Source: Octopus sinensis (Eukaryota). Taken from it: a stretch of DNA of 64,000 nucleotides. Both the position numbers and the translations under genes were made by a program. The stretch is taken from positions 13,392,001-13,456,000 of the forward strand of contig NC_043006.1 in NCBI RefSeq assembly GCF_006345805.1, in the 5' to 3' direction. Of this stretch, positions 26,407 through 39,798 are shown piece after piece. Position 1 is the first letter of the stretch. Each line of letters starts with the position of its first letter. Under the pieces are notes generated by a model that saw only the letters and a program-made list of their open reading frames with translations, did not search any database and had not been told where the DNA came from.

Positions 26407-27152
26407 CATATATATATATACACACATATATATATATACATATATATAATATATATCTATATATATATATATATATACACACACACATATATATGCATAT
26501 GGGTATGTCTGTCTGCGTTTGCGTTTATGTTTAAAACCGATGTAAAAATCGATGTTGTATCAAAGCGCACAACTAAACCAATTAATACGGTAGTGGTTGT
26601 TTTGGCTTTGGCGATCGATCTGCTAATCAAACAAATGCTATTTTGTTTCCATTTGCTTTTCATATTCCTGATACTATCTGTCAATTGCTACACCTGATTG
26701 AAATGTCACCGATTTTCGATGAGAAGACAAGATTTTGAACTCAGGATGCTCACACAACCCGAATAGGTGCTGCAATTGTACGAAACAAGTAGGCAGGACT
26801 AGTAGTTCATTTTATTTTATTTCGTTTTTTCAATTGTGAAAGGATGAAAAACAAAGTTGACCTCGGTGGAATTTGAACTCAAATCGCAAAGAAACATTCT
26901 ATCCAACGTTTTAACGAAGCTACCAATTTGACGCCTTCTGTTTGAAGAAGATCATTGAAATGAAAAAAAAACCCTCTCAGAAATACGTACTTGATATGAA
27001 AGTTTTCATTTACACTCCCAAAAGCAGAGACCCGGCATATATACGTATGTATATACACACACACACATACTAGCAATAATACCCGTCGTTGGTTGGATAA
27101 TTACTTTTACTCATTCTCGGGAGTCACATTCTAAGTGTTATTATATATATAA

Positions 27153-27550
27153 CTAGCAGTATCGCCCGGCGTTGCTCGGGTTTGTAAGGGAAATAACTAT
27201 ATAAGCATTTTTAGAGATGTAAAGTATAATAGCCATCTCAATATGGCTAACCACAAAGGGGGGGGGTGTTACTGTAGCTTTTTACGTTCTGAGATTTAAT
27301 AATAAATTTTTAGAGAGTTACTTCCCTTATATATGCCAAAAATGCATTAAAAATGGGAAAAATTGATGGTAAATGTTTTTTTAAATCGTAGACTCATCGT
27401 AGACGCGCGCTAATACCCAGAAGGGCTCGATATGAATCACGACTATAAGATACCCGGTTTTGGTTACACTGCACCGCAAAATGTGGGAGTTGTTAGGAAT
27501 CTAAATCGTAGGAGACAGACAGCACACAACCTCACTTTTATATATAAAGA
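27153..27550 (-). mobile_element. non-autonomous Helitron
   Basis: same family as 28664-29058. Confidence 0.8.
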
Positions 27551-27930
27551 TTTATTCCTCCTATATGTGTGTATTTTATAAGAGAAAACTATGTAATAAT
27601 TTAAGTAGAAAAAAAGATCAATTTCATACACGAACTTCTGTTTGTTTATTATATGACAATAATAAATGACTTGTATGTGTTATTTTATTTATCAATATGG
27701 TAATGGCAATTATATAATACAGTTCATTTAAATAGGTCATTTACTCATTCTTGAATGTAATGATAGTAATGGGAAATTAAGGTATTGAGGTATTCATGTC
27801 GAATTAAGAGTGAATATTTCTTTATAAACAATATTTTTTTTGTTTTATTTCGGGGTACGTAAGCAAAAAGATTTGCTTTTGCTCCCAGGTTGGTGCTTTG
27901 AAATACAGTTACTACTCATTTTTGCAAAAC

Positions 27931-28295
27931 GTGGAGGCGCAATGGCACAGTGGTTAGGGCAGCGGACTCGCGGTCGTAGGATCGCGGTTTCGATTCCCAG
28001 ACCGGGCGTTGTGAGTGTTTATTGAGCGAAAACACCTAAAAGCTCCACGAGGCTCCGGCAGGGGATGGTGGTGATCCCTGCTGTACTCTTTCACCACAAC
28101 TTTCTCTTACTTCCTGTTCCTGTTGTACCTGTATTTCAAAGGGCCGTGTCACGCTGAATATCCCCGAGAACTACGTTAAGGGTACACGTGTCTGTGGAGT
28201 GCTCAGCCACTTACACGTTAATTTCACGAGCAGGCTGTTCCGTTGATTCGGATCAACCGGAACCCTCGTCGTCGTAACCGACGGAGTGCTTCCAT
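27931..28295 (+). mobile_element. SINE family C, tail i
   Basis: ggaggcgcaatggcacagtggttaggg head; ends gagtgcttccatcc. Confidence 0.85.
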
Positions 28296-28663
28296 CCATT
28301 CCATTTTGCAAACTGACTGAAGCAATGTGATATAAAGTGTCTTGCTCAAAGACAAAAACACGCCGTGGGAATCGAACTCACGACCTTACGATCGTGGGCC
28401 GAATACCTTTACCACTAACCTTAACCACCATTATATGATAGAACATCGGATGAAAATCTTTCTACCTATTAAAGGAAGAAGAAGAAGAAGAAGAAAAGCG
28501 AGCATGGTTACGTTGTCAGTTAGTTCTAATGTGATAGCGAGGGAGAAATACCAAAACAAGACTCTCATGACACCATGTGGCTGTGTTGTCTGGTAGTTCA
28601 TAAGGAATAGTAAACTAGATTAACCAAAGTAAGCTATGCAGTTAGTCAGTTCCACTGTGATAA

Positions 28664-29058
28664 TCTATATATATAAAAGTGAAGTTGTGTGTCTGTCTCC
28701 TACGATTTAGATTCCTAACTACTCCCACATTTTGCGGTGCAGTTTAACCAAAACCGGGTATCTTATAGTCGTGATCCATATCGAGCCCTTCTGGGTATTA
28801 GCGCGCGTCTACGATGAGTCTACGATTTTAAAAATAATTTACCATCATTTTTTTCCATTTTAATGCATATTTTTTAAATATAAGGGAAGTAACTCTCTAA
28901 AAATGTCTACGATGAGTCAACGATTTAAAAAAAAAATTTACCATCATATTTTTTCCATTTTTAATGCATTTTTTTGCTATTTTTTGGCTATAACTCTCTA
29001 AAAAGGCTTTATAGTTATTTCCCTTACAAAACCGAGCAACGCCGGGCGATACTGCTAG
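28664..29058 (+). mobile_element. non-autonomous Helitron
   Basis: A|TCTATATATATAAAAGT ... CCGAGCAACGCCGGG-CGATACTGCTAG|T; other copies at 40378, 41862 and 61554-61943. Confidence 0.85.
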
Positions 29059-29201
29059 TAAAGTATATAAACCAAAGTAGGTTATGTTAGCCGGCACTTT
29101 CAAGGGCGTACTTTAGCAATATTAGAACAGGAAATGATAAACATAATGCATGGCGTGACAACCAAGGCAAAGGCTTTGAAATTAAAGCTAAAGCTGTGAT
29201 C

Positions 29202-29585
29202 TGGAAGCACTCCGTCGGTTACGACGACGAGGGTTCCGGTTGATCCGAATCAACGGAACAGCCTGCTCGTGAAATTAACGTGTAAGTGGCTGAGCACTCC
29301 ACAGACACGTGTACCCTTAACGTAGTTCTCGGGGATATTCAGCGTGACACAGAGAGTGACAAGGCCGGCCCTTTGAAATACAGGTACAACAGAAACAGGA
29401 AGTAAGAGTGAGAGAAAGTTGTGGTGAAAGAGTACAGCAGGGATCACCACCATCCCCTGCCGGAGCCTCGTGGAGCTTTAGGTGTTTTCGCTCAATAAAC
29501 ACTCACAACGCCCGGTCTGGGAATCGAAATCGCGATCCTACGACCGCGAGTCCGCTGCCCTAACCACTGGGCCATTGCGCCTCCA
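29202..29585 (-). mobile_element. SINE family C, tail i, with 14-bp TSD
   Basis: TAAAGCTGTGATCT at 29189-29202 and 29587-29600. Confidence 0.88.
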
Positions 29586-29599
29586 TTAAAGCTGTGATC

Positions 29600-29940
29600 T
29601 ACATCATAAACAACAATCGGAAAATGCCATCTCGATATTATCAATGATATCATGGTAAGAAAAAAATAGTTGTACTGGGAAATCCGTCGGGAGGTGAATA
29701 TTGAAGTCATATAAGAAATAAGAAATATAAAAAAACTATAGTGGACCTGGAGGGGATGCCCATCATTAATTTGAAAGAATACTGGTGGAAAGTTCTTTTA
29801 AAGCATCTCTTTTAAAACATATAAGCATTAAAGTCCAGGCGTAATGATTTGAGACAGAGAGAAAAGGAAGTTTGCACAGTAATAGTGGAAATCAGTTGTC
29901 CAACAGATGTTAACAAAATGTTAAAGATAAAACGAAACAC
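29600..29940 (+). mobile_element. degenerate RLE endonuclease fragment of an R4/Dong-type LINE
   Basis: P..MI.DREK..CTVIVEISCPTDVN-like translation across frameshifts. Confidence 0.45.
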
Positions 29941-30040
29941 TCGTAGCAAACTAATGAGAGTTCTGCTGACATCACGTTCAGCAGGATTTGAACCCTGAAT
30001 CTAAAGCGGAAGAAATACTCAATGGTATTTTAGCCAGTGA

Positions 30041-30275
30041 GGCGGCGAGCTGGCAGAAACGTTAGCACGCCGGGCGAAATGTTTAGCAACATTTCGTCCG
30101 CCGTTACGTTCTGAGTTCAAATTCCGCCGAGGTCGACTTTGCCTTTCATCCTTTCGGGGTCGATAAATTAAGTACCAGTTACGCACTGGGGTCGATGTAA
30201 TCGACTTAATACCTATGTCTGTCCTTGTTTGTCCCCTCTGTGTTTAGCCCCTTGTGGGTAATAAAGAAATAGGTA
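30041..30275 (+). mobile_element. SINE family A with TSD GGTATTTTAGCCAGTG
   Basis: 16-bp direct repeat on both sides. Confidence 0.88.
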
Positions 30276-30566
30276 TTTTAGCCAGTGCGCTAATGTTTCT
30301 CGTCAACTTGTCGAATCAGCAGATATTTATTAATGCTGAAGGTAAGAAAGAATCTATAACAAACAAATTAGAAATCTCCTGATATTTCACCCCGACTCTA
30401 AATTAAAATTGATGCCGGTGATTATCAAAGTACTTGGTTATTATATAACTGACGACGAGTGGGCTTCACGAAACCACAAGAATACGACTAATTAGAAAAT
30501 TATAATTACAAGCCGTTAATGGAACTTTGAAATTGTGTAAAATATTTCAGAAGTTTGGCCTGTAGT

Positions 30567-30635
<69 letters not shown>

Positions 30636-30636
30636 T

Positions 30637-30944
30637 TACGAGCGGATGCCGAACAATTCCTGGCTTTGGGTAAAAGAAAATACAGAAGGATCGATTAATT
30701 ATGATTTCATTCAACATATTCCCCTCTCTGATTCACGCACTTATCCTTCAGTTTTTCTAATCTTTGATCCTTCAGTTTTTCTAAGCTCTGATCCTTCAGT
30801 TTTTCTAAGCCCTGATCCTTCAGTTTTTCTAAGCTCTGATCCTTCAGTTTTTCTAAGCTCTGTAAGAGAACTCGGAAGGTTGGGCCTCCAACCAGGCCTT
30901 TCGCGAGACCCTTTAAACCAGGAACTTTTCAGCACTCCCTCATA
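30637..30944. mobile_element. mariner-type MITE with internal 24-bp tandem repeat
   Basis: TACGAG..TTCCTGG / CCAGGAACTTTTCAGCACTCCCTCATA; GATCCTTCAGTTTTTCTAAGCTCT about 5 times. Confidence 0.65.
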
Positions 30945-31734
30945 TACACATTCACCATCTACGTTCATCCGTCGAGACGACGAGGTCTTAGGCCTTCTTT
31001 TAGAATGAGTGATGACTCGCGCGGGGGGAATTTTTTAAAGCGAAAACGTGTTGCGCATTATCAACCTCTCTTTCTCGGCCATGACTACCTTCAGTCCAGT
31101 AGTAAGACCCGGTGAAGACGACTGCGAATGGCGACGGATGCGAGTGATGACTAAAATGCCGCACTTTGCTCTCCGCACTCCACAATACGCTGATGTAGCC
31201 GCCTTCCCCTCCGTTGAACCATGAAAGTTTCTTCCGCAGAGTCCATCGGATACAGTCTTCATATGCATAGGTAGGCAACCCTTAATATTTTAATTAACTC
31301 ATAGCTGGGCCCTGACAGGTGCTACTATTCTGGGTCAGATTAGAGCTCGGAGCAATAAGGGCTAAGCGGTGGTTATAAACCAGATTTTTTTGTAGGGGTG
31401 GTCATTGGTTCCATTCTAAGTGACTATTTAATTTTTTAGTTAGAAGGGAAGACAGTAGTCATGAGAGGTTACAGGACCTCCGAAGTTGAGGAAAAGGAGG
31501 GTGGAAGTTATCGTCAAACAGAAAACCTGGCCCGAGTACTTGCAATAAAGCAGGCTTCACTAAAGGTACCCAAGGTGCTATGTAGTAGTATTAAACTGGG
31601 TGATAGGTTAAATCTACACGGCGACCATGTTCAGATTTGAATTCAGAACGCGAAGAACAAAAACGAATACTGCATGTAATTTTTGTACATCCTGATTTTT
31701 ATTAAGAAGGACCTGTTTCTGAGCTAGTCTACTG

Positions 31735-31860
31735 TGTATGCTGTACAGACCTACTAACTCATACATTTGGGCTCCCACGTAGCTACCCATGCTTACGCCG
31801 TTCAAGAATTTGGACGTGGAGATCTCCATTTCCAGCGACTTTGATGGCCACCTCCCAGTG
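31735..31860 (-). mobile_element. Penelope-like RT remnant
   Basis: VSMGSYVGAQMYELVGLY resembles the PLE RT motif MGSYDGAE.CELVGLY. Confidence 0.6.
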
Positions 31861-32297
31861 GTGTCGGGCGTCAACGAAGAGCCCTCGACTACAACAAGAC
31901 GACCTAAGTTTTTTTTCCAGGGTCTGGGGTCTTCCGCCCCTAAACCCTATAGACCATCACCTCACCCTTACCCGTCTTGTTGCTTAACAACAACAATAAC
32001 CCATGCTTACATTAAATATCTCACCTTCTTACTTTTTGCATGCAGGAGTTCTTAAAAATGAAAAATATCCTGCAATGTTCTTCCAAGCAGGCTGTAGCAG
32101 TTTTACAGCCTTAGATTGGTATTTTTATATTGACCCTGAAAATCTGAAAGACAAAGTTAAAGTCGGCAGGATTTGAAATCGAAGTACTGTGAATCAGAAC
32201 AAAGCATTCTGTAAAGCATTCTGACCGACGACACTCCAACAACTCCACCTAGGAAATTCTATTTTGAACCAGAAATTGTGAGTGTGTGTGTGTGTGT

Positions 32298-32342
<45 letters not shown>

Positions 32343-33261
32343 TATGTGTGTATGTAATCCAAAAGTCTACGTACATACACAACGAAGTAAAGAAGAAAAA
32401 AAACAACTATCACAGCGATTGTAAGAGAAGCCACATTCCAAGATAAGAAAAACCACTGAGAATTGATTGATTGCAACAGATTAATTCTATGAGAATACAA
32501 CAAAGAAGTGAATACGTACACACTGCAACGTAAGCAGGTGATTTTCTACTAAAAGTTAGGATCTCAAAAACCAGAAAAAAAAAAAAAAAAGAGAGATTTC
32601 AGTCACGCTTAGAACGGAACAAAACGCAGACATATTAAAGTAACAAACTGTTAAGAAACACATGCGGCAGGTTTACACAATTAAATTCGAGACGGAAAAA
32701 AAAAAAGATACTGCAAAAGTATTCGTAGCATCATATTCAGCAAATGTACTGAAGCACCTATCTGGAGATGATGCTGATGTTGCTGTTGTTGCCGGCTTCA
32801 GCTTGTCTTTTCCTCAAATAATTATCGAGGTCCGTATTATGTAATGTTGCTTCATTTAAAAAAAAAAAAAATGATTGGCGCAGCAGGAGTGGCTGTGTGG
32901 TAAGTAGCTTGCTTACTAACCACATGGTTCCGGGTTCAGTCCCACTGCGTGGCACCTTGGGCAAGTGTGACTTCTGCTATAGACTCCGGTTGAGCAAAGC
33001 CTTGTGAGTGGATTTGGTAGACGGAAACTGAAAGAAGCATGTCGTATATATGTATATGTATATATGTATGTGTGTGTGTTTGTGTGTCTGTGTTTGTCCC
33101 CCCAACATCATTTGACAACCGATGCTGGTGTGCTTACGTCCCCGTCACTTAGCAGTTCGGCAAAAGAGACCGATAGAATAAGTACTGGGCTTACAAAGAA
33201 TAAGTCCCGGGGTCGATTTGCTCGACTAAAGGCGGTGGTAGTGGTGGTGGTGATGGTGGTG

Positions 33262-34022
33262 CTGTTACTGTTGAGCGAAGCGGTCTTCGTCCCATAGCTC
33301 GCAAGATCGCGCCTCTGTAGTAGCTGAAGTCCGAAACGTGGTCCTTTGCTATTCGTAAGACCCGCAGAAGATAAAGCAGGTCAACCCCCGACACCGAGAG
33401 CATCGACGGATGGATGAATGCGCATCCAGGCTCAGCGGTTGCGGAGGAAGTCGGGGACAAGAAACAGGAAGAAAGAGTGAGAGAAAGTTGTGGCGAAAGA
33501 GTACAACAGGGGTCGCCACCACCTCCTTCCGGAGCCTTGTGGAGCTTTAGGTGTTTCTGCTCAATAAACACACAGAACGCCCGGTCGGGGAATCGAAACC
33601 CCGAGTCCACTGCCCTAACCACTGGGCCATTGCGCATCTGCTGTTGCTGTTGAGCGAACGGTCTTCGTCCCAGAGCTCGCAAGATGGGAGAAGTCTGAAA
33701 CGTGGTCCTTTGCTATTCGTAAGACCCGCAGAAGAGAGAGCAGGTCAACCCCCGACACCGAGAGCATCGACGGATGGATGAATGCGCATCCAGGCTCAGC
33801 AGTTGCGAAGGAAGTCGGGGATAAGAAACAGGAAGAAAGAGTGAGAGAAAGTTGGAGCGAAAGAGAACAACAGGGGTCGTCACCCCCCCCCCCTGCCGGA
33901 GCCTCGTGGAGCTTTTAGGTGTTTTCTCTCAATAAACACACACAACGCCCGGTCTGGGAATCGAAACGGCGATCCTCCGACCGCGAGTCCGCTGCCCTTA
34001 CCATTGGGCCATTGCGCCCCCA
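33262..34022 (-). mobile_element. tandem pair of SINE family C with tail type ii
   Basis: same head and core as family C but a different GC-rich tail ending cgctcaacagcaacagc. Confidence 0.8.
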
Positions 34023-35906
34023 CTGATGGTGGTACTGGTGGTAGTGGTGGTAGTGGTGGTGATGCTGTAGCTGTTGTCGTCGTCGTCGTCATCGTCCGTC
34101 TTGTTCATAGATCCAGGCCTGTTCTTATTAAAAAGGTTTATGATTTAAAAAACGTTCTAGCTATGACTAATCTGTCCTCTTACATATCCAGAACTACGTG
34201 TATCCAGCGTTTCCTTCTCTTTTCAATACGCTAAGGTATAATTTGAGAAATATTTGGTTGCTATTCTCACACCTGAAGCCTCCTCCCCCTCCTCCTCCTC
34301 CTCATCATCATCATCATCTTCTCGAGTTTACTCGGACATTTTTAACCGATCCACGCCTTCTATCTCGGTCCTATATTAATTAGATACTTGGATCAGTGGA
34401 CGGCAATTCCAACGTCCTTTTAGCTTTGTAACGCATTCCAGATTGAGAGCGCCAACTCGAATAATGCGGTACTCAAATGCTAGGGAAGGGAATAATCTTT
34501 TCTATTACAGGCACAACGCCTGAAATTTGGGAGAATGGGGCTAGTCGATTAAAATGATCCCAGGTGTCAACTAGCACTTATTTCATCGACTCCGAAAGGA
34601 TGAAATGCAAGATCGGCTTCGATGGAATTTTACCTCACAAGAAATGCCGCTAAGTATTTTGCCCGGCGTGCTAACGATTCTGCCAGATCGCCGCCTTAAT
34701 AGAGAAGATAATAATACATGTAGTTTCATAAGGTTTCTTGAGTAATAGCATCTTCTAACATCTTCTTGGTAATAGCATCTTTACAAAAGGCGACGAGCTG
34801 GCAGGAACGTTAGCACGCCGGGCGAAATGCTTAGCAGTATTTCGTCTGTCGCTGCGTTCTGAGTTCGAATTCCGCCGATGTCGACTTTGCCTTTCATCCT
34901 TTCGTGGTCGATTAAATAAGTACCAGTTACATATCAGCAAATGACACTTCGACTTTAACCACCCACAAGATGATAACACGCTATTTTGTTGTTGTTTGTT
35001 CCTTCTCGAGCCATGCCTGGCTCATAAGGGCCGGTTTCCCGATTTCTTTGCGCATAGGTCCCCCACCTGGACAGGACGCCGGTCCGTCGCAGGTGAGCTG
35101 CAACATGCAGGAGGAAAGAGTGAGAGAAAGTTGTGGCGAAAGAGTCAGCAGAAGTTTCGCCATTACCTTCTGCTTGAGCCGCATAGAGCTTAGGTGTTTC
35201 GCTCATAAACACACATCGCCCGGTCTGAGATTCGAACCGGCGATCCCTCGACCGCGAGTCCGCTGCTCTAACCACTAGGCTATGTGCCTCCACACGCTGT
35301 TTAGGATGAGCTTCCGAATGTCGAAAGTGGATATTTGTATATATTTCTTTACTACCCACTAGGGGGCTAAACACAGAGGAGACAAACAAGGACATACAAA
35401 GGGATTAAGTCGATTACATCGACCCCAGTGCGTAACTGGTACTTAATTTATCGACCCCGGAAGGATGAAAGGAAAAATCGACCTCGGCGGAATTTGAACT
35501 CGGAACCTAACGGCAGACGAAATATGGCAACGCATTTCGCCCGGCGTGCTAACGTTTCTGCCAGCTCGCCGCCTTGTGGATATTTGTATAGTTGAACATC
35601 GAGTGCTACCAGCTTACTTGGGAGCTTATTCCCGATTAGTTTAAAACCTAAACCGATTGTTAAACAAACAGGAACCTTACATTCTTGCATAGGTCGATGT
35701 CCTTGTGGAGTGGTTTCAATGATTTTTTTTACCGAAAAATATGAAATAATTACCCAGTTGTTATGATGGAAACACGGAGACCACAGCAGCTTCTTGCTTC
35801 GAAGAGCGAAGCTTTTCACTGATCCAAATATACATTACACTTTCAACATTATCAAGTTCAGTCCCAGTAATATCAACTCAATTTCTCAACCATGTGATGG
35901 TTTATC

Positions 35907-36263
35907 TGGAGGCGCAATGGCCCAGTGGTTAGGGCAGCAGACTCGCGGTCATAGGATCGCGGTTTCGATTCCCAGACCGGGCATTGTGAGTGTTTATTGA
36001 GCGGAAACACCTAAAGCTCCACTAGGCTCCGGCAGGGATGGTGGTGATCCCTGCTGTACTCTTTCACCACAACTTTCTCTCACTCTTACTTCCTGTTTCT
36101 GTTGTACCTGTATTTCAAAGGGCCGGCCTTGTCACTTTCTGTGTCACGCTGAATATCTCCGAGAACTACGTTAAGGGTACACGTGTCTGTGGAGTGCCCA
36201 GCCACTTACACGTTAATTTCACGAGCAGGAACCCTCGTCGTCGTAACCGACGGAGTGCTTCCA
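35907..36263 (+). mobile_element. SINE family C, tail i, TSD GATGGTTTAT
   Basis: direct repeat on both flanks. Confidence 0.85.
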
Positions 36264-36331
36264 GATGGTTTATGAATCTTAGCCTTACCAACCCGAGGGC
36301 TCAACGAGTCCATTAAAGTCCCATTAAATTT

Positions 36332-36562
36332 GGCGGCGAGCTGGCAGAAACGTTAGCACGTCGGGCGAAATGCGTAGCCTTATTTCGTCTGCCTTTACGT
36401 TCTGAGTTCAAATTCCGCCGAGGTCGACTTTGCCTTTCATCCTTTCGGGGTCGATAAATTAAGTACCAGTTACGCACTGGGGTCGATGTAATCGACTTAA
36501 TCCGTTTGTCTGTCCTTATTTGTCCCTTCTGTGTTTGGCCCCTTGTGGGTAATGAAGAAATA
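36332..36562 (+). mobile_element. SINE family A, TSD TCCATTAAAGTCCCA
   Basis: direct repeat on both flanks. Confidence 0.85.
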
Positions 36563-37547
36563 GATTCCATTAAAGTCCCAGGCCGTTATTACGATGTCAT
36601 TGTCGTTCTTCACTGAAGCAGTTTTAGGAGGCCCTCGTAGAAACGCTTCATTTCTCTTCCCTTAGTTCTGATTGCAGTACCCATACAGAGATCAATGTAG
36701 TCATAGCTAGTCTAAGCTTTATTAGTTTGTAACATACCCTTACCACCTTAATTACTTCACCCATTTTTCTAGAAACAAAAGTCATACTTCGCCCAAACTA
36801 AGGCTGTTATCCATCTAGAAATTTTGAAAGAAGTATCAATAAAACCAACTTTTAAACACCAAGTGGTTATGGGGGTCCACGTGAGTAAAACAGTAATTAA
36901 AGGGGTCCATAGGTAAAAATAAAATAGGCGCAGGAGTGGCTATGTGGTAAGTAGCTTGGTTACCCACTACATGGTTCCGGGTTCAGTCCCACTGCGTGGC
37001 ACCTTGGGCTAGTGTCTTCTACTATAGCCTTGGGCCCACCAAAGTCTTGTGAGTGGATTTGGTAGACGGAAACTGAAATAGCCCGTCGTATATGTGTATA
37101 TATATGTGTGTATGTGTGTGTGTATGTTTGTGTGTCTGTGATTGCCCCCCCCCCAACATCGCTTGACAACCGATGCTGGTGTGTTTACGTCCCCGTAACT
37201 TAGCGGTTCGGCAAAAGAGACCGATAGAATAAGTACTAGGCTTACAAAGAATAAGTTCTGGGGTCGATTTGCTCGACTAAAGGTGGTGCTCCAGCATGGC
37301 CGCAGTCAAATGACTGAAACACGTAAAAGTGTAAAAGAGTAAAGAGAGAGTGGTGAATCACGGGTTAAAATAACACAATGAACAAAACGTAATCTTTTAG
37401 TCCAAGGAAAATAACTCAATACATTACACCTGTTTGCTTAGTTCCGTTCATGCTTATTCCTCTTGGGTGAGCAGCATCTCTTTTTTCACTATGCAATAGT
37501 TTCAACGAGAAAGTGAGTGTAATTCAGAAGCTGTGGACGTGAATTAG

Positions 37548-38000
37548 TTTACTCGTTCCAGAACAAACTCCGACGTCTGGCAGCTGACTTGGAAGACACC
37601 CATAAAATTATTAACCATCTTACCAACAATAACTCTGAGTACCTTTTCAAACACCACCTGTCTAACACCTGTGGACATGTTTACAAAGTCAGAAAACAGC
37701 ACAGCTCCCATGACTTTCGGAAACATTTTTTCATGCTAAGAGTTCCTGAAGCATGGAACAAACTGCCGGCATCAGTTGTTAGTTGTCGGAGCACTGCATC
37801 CTTCAAAACTTCCATGCTTCCTGAGAATCACCAACACTACACCTGATTTTCTCCCCTCCATACACACGCAAGCATGTATCTGACTCATACACTGTTCACT
37901 TCCCAGACATTTGTACATTACTGCATATGCTTTATATGCACTTTTGACAAGTTGTGGTGCACCTGAGCACTGCATACAATAATTTCATTATTATTATTAT
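37548..38000 (+). mobile_element. CR1-clade LINE 3' end
   Basis: GHVYKV..RKHFF..RV..AWNKLP; (ATT)n tail. Confidence 0.8.
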
Positions 38001-38610
38001 ACATAGACTTGGAGTATTTAAGATAATTTACTATCGAAATATATTTTTGACACTCTTTTTGTTCACTGTACCTATGAAAGTTCTGGCTATTGTGGCTATA
38101 CGTTTAATGCTTTGCCCTTGGTGAACATTTCGGGGCTTACTTAGCCTGGATAACATCTGCATCTCCAATACTCTCGGAGAGTCGGAACTGACGTATTTGA
38201 GGATATGCGGTGTCTATGTCGCAACACTACGATTCCTGAGCTATCGTGGACTGTTACGCTGGCCGAATACGGGTCGCATCGCACACAATCTTGAGATACG
38301 TTTAAGGAAAAGAAAATCGATCTCGTAACCAGTGTAACGATCTACTCACACACAGCTCTCCGTTTCAGTACCAGTAAGATTGTGTAGGGAAAATGTCCGG
38401 CAGGCCCATCTCCAGACTTTGGTGCCTGGGGACGGTCTAGAACATTCTGAGTGAACAGTAATTTGTATTGCAGGAAAATTTGTGTAAACTGTATTTTCTA
38501 AACGTGAGGGTGCACCATTGAATAAGGAATGGGCAACGCTGCCCAGGGCCCCTAACTATTTTATCCTTTGTATATATATGTATATATATATATATATGGG
38601 GGGGCTGTGT

Positions 38611-38643
<33 letters not shown>

Positions 38644-38663
38644 CATGTGTGTGTGTGTATGTG

Positions 38664-38752
<89 letters not shown>

Positions 38753-39737
38753 TATATATATATAATAAAACAATACTGGGAGGATAGAGACGGAACGAAG
38801 CGAAAATTCGAAAATTCGAACGAACCTGACGCGAAGCGCTGTCAGACAATAATGTAATAAATAAAATATATGCATACATACAAACATATATGTACGTACC
38901 GACATCTACATGCATGTATACATGCATATATAAATATATATATACGTACAGGACACCACAAAAAGACGTAAAACTCAACAGAAACGAAAACGGAAAAGCC
39001 ATTTTGTAATTTATTTCTCGTTTTGTATTTTCTTGTACATGTATTTTTAATTTTGTATTTTTATCTTGTATTTTATTGTGCAGGTCTTTGTTACGTCCCT
39101 TTTTGTGTTACATTTTTTTCGTGCTTGTTTTTACCCCTCTGCGAGGTTATTTTATTTTAATTCTCTCGCAGGAAGGCCTAGTATTGACGAGTCGTGTCCT
39201 GTCTTGCCTTCGAAACACGCTATGTCTACAAGTGACAGCTGATGAAGGGGATTTTCCCTTGTGTAGCATGTCCTGTACCTCGTTTTTCTGTTGTAAATAA
39301 TGTTTTTCCCGTTTTCGTTCTCGTCCTGTTCCACGTCTCTGTCCTTCTGTTGTAACAAAATGGCTTTTCCGTTTTCGTTTCTGTTGAGTTTTACGTCTTT
39401 TTGTGGTGTCCTGAACGTATATATATTTATATATGCATGTATATATACATGTAGATGTCGGTACGTACATATATGTTTGTATGTATGCATATATTTTATT
39501 TATTACATATATATTATTTATTAAAGGGGTCCATAGGTAGGAAAAAAAATAAGCGCACGAGTGGCTGTGTGGTAAGTAGCTTGCTTACCCACCACATGGT
39601 TCTGGGTTCAGTCCCACTGCGGGGCACCTTGGCCAAGTGTCTTCTACTATAACCTCGGGCCGACCAAAGCCTTGTGACTAGCTATGACTACAATGATCTC
39701 TGTATGGGCACTACAATCAGAACTAAGGGAAGAGAAA

Positions 39738-39798
<61 letters not shown>

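Noticed and set aside
27931-28010. tRNA-like sequences at SINE heads
   Set aside because: A and B boxes are present but there is no closed acceptor stem; they continue into SINE bodies.
30742-30862. 24-bp repeats resembling a CRISPR array
   Set aside because: Head-to-tail with no spacers, inside a mariner MITE in eukaryotic DNA.
33320-33385. Possible HDV-like or hammerhead ribozyme in SINE tail ii (CTGAAGTCCGAAACGTGGTC; GACCTGC/GCGGGTC)
   Set aside because: No stem II for a hammerhead and the motif differs in the second copy; the 7-bp helix closes only 10 nt, leaving no room for HDV P2/P3.
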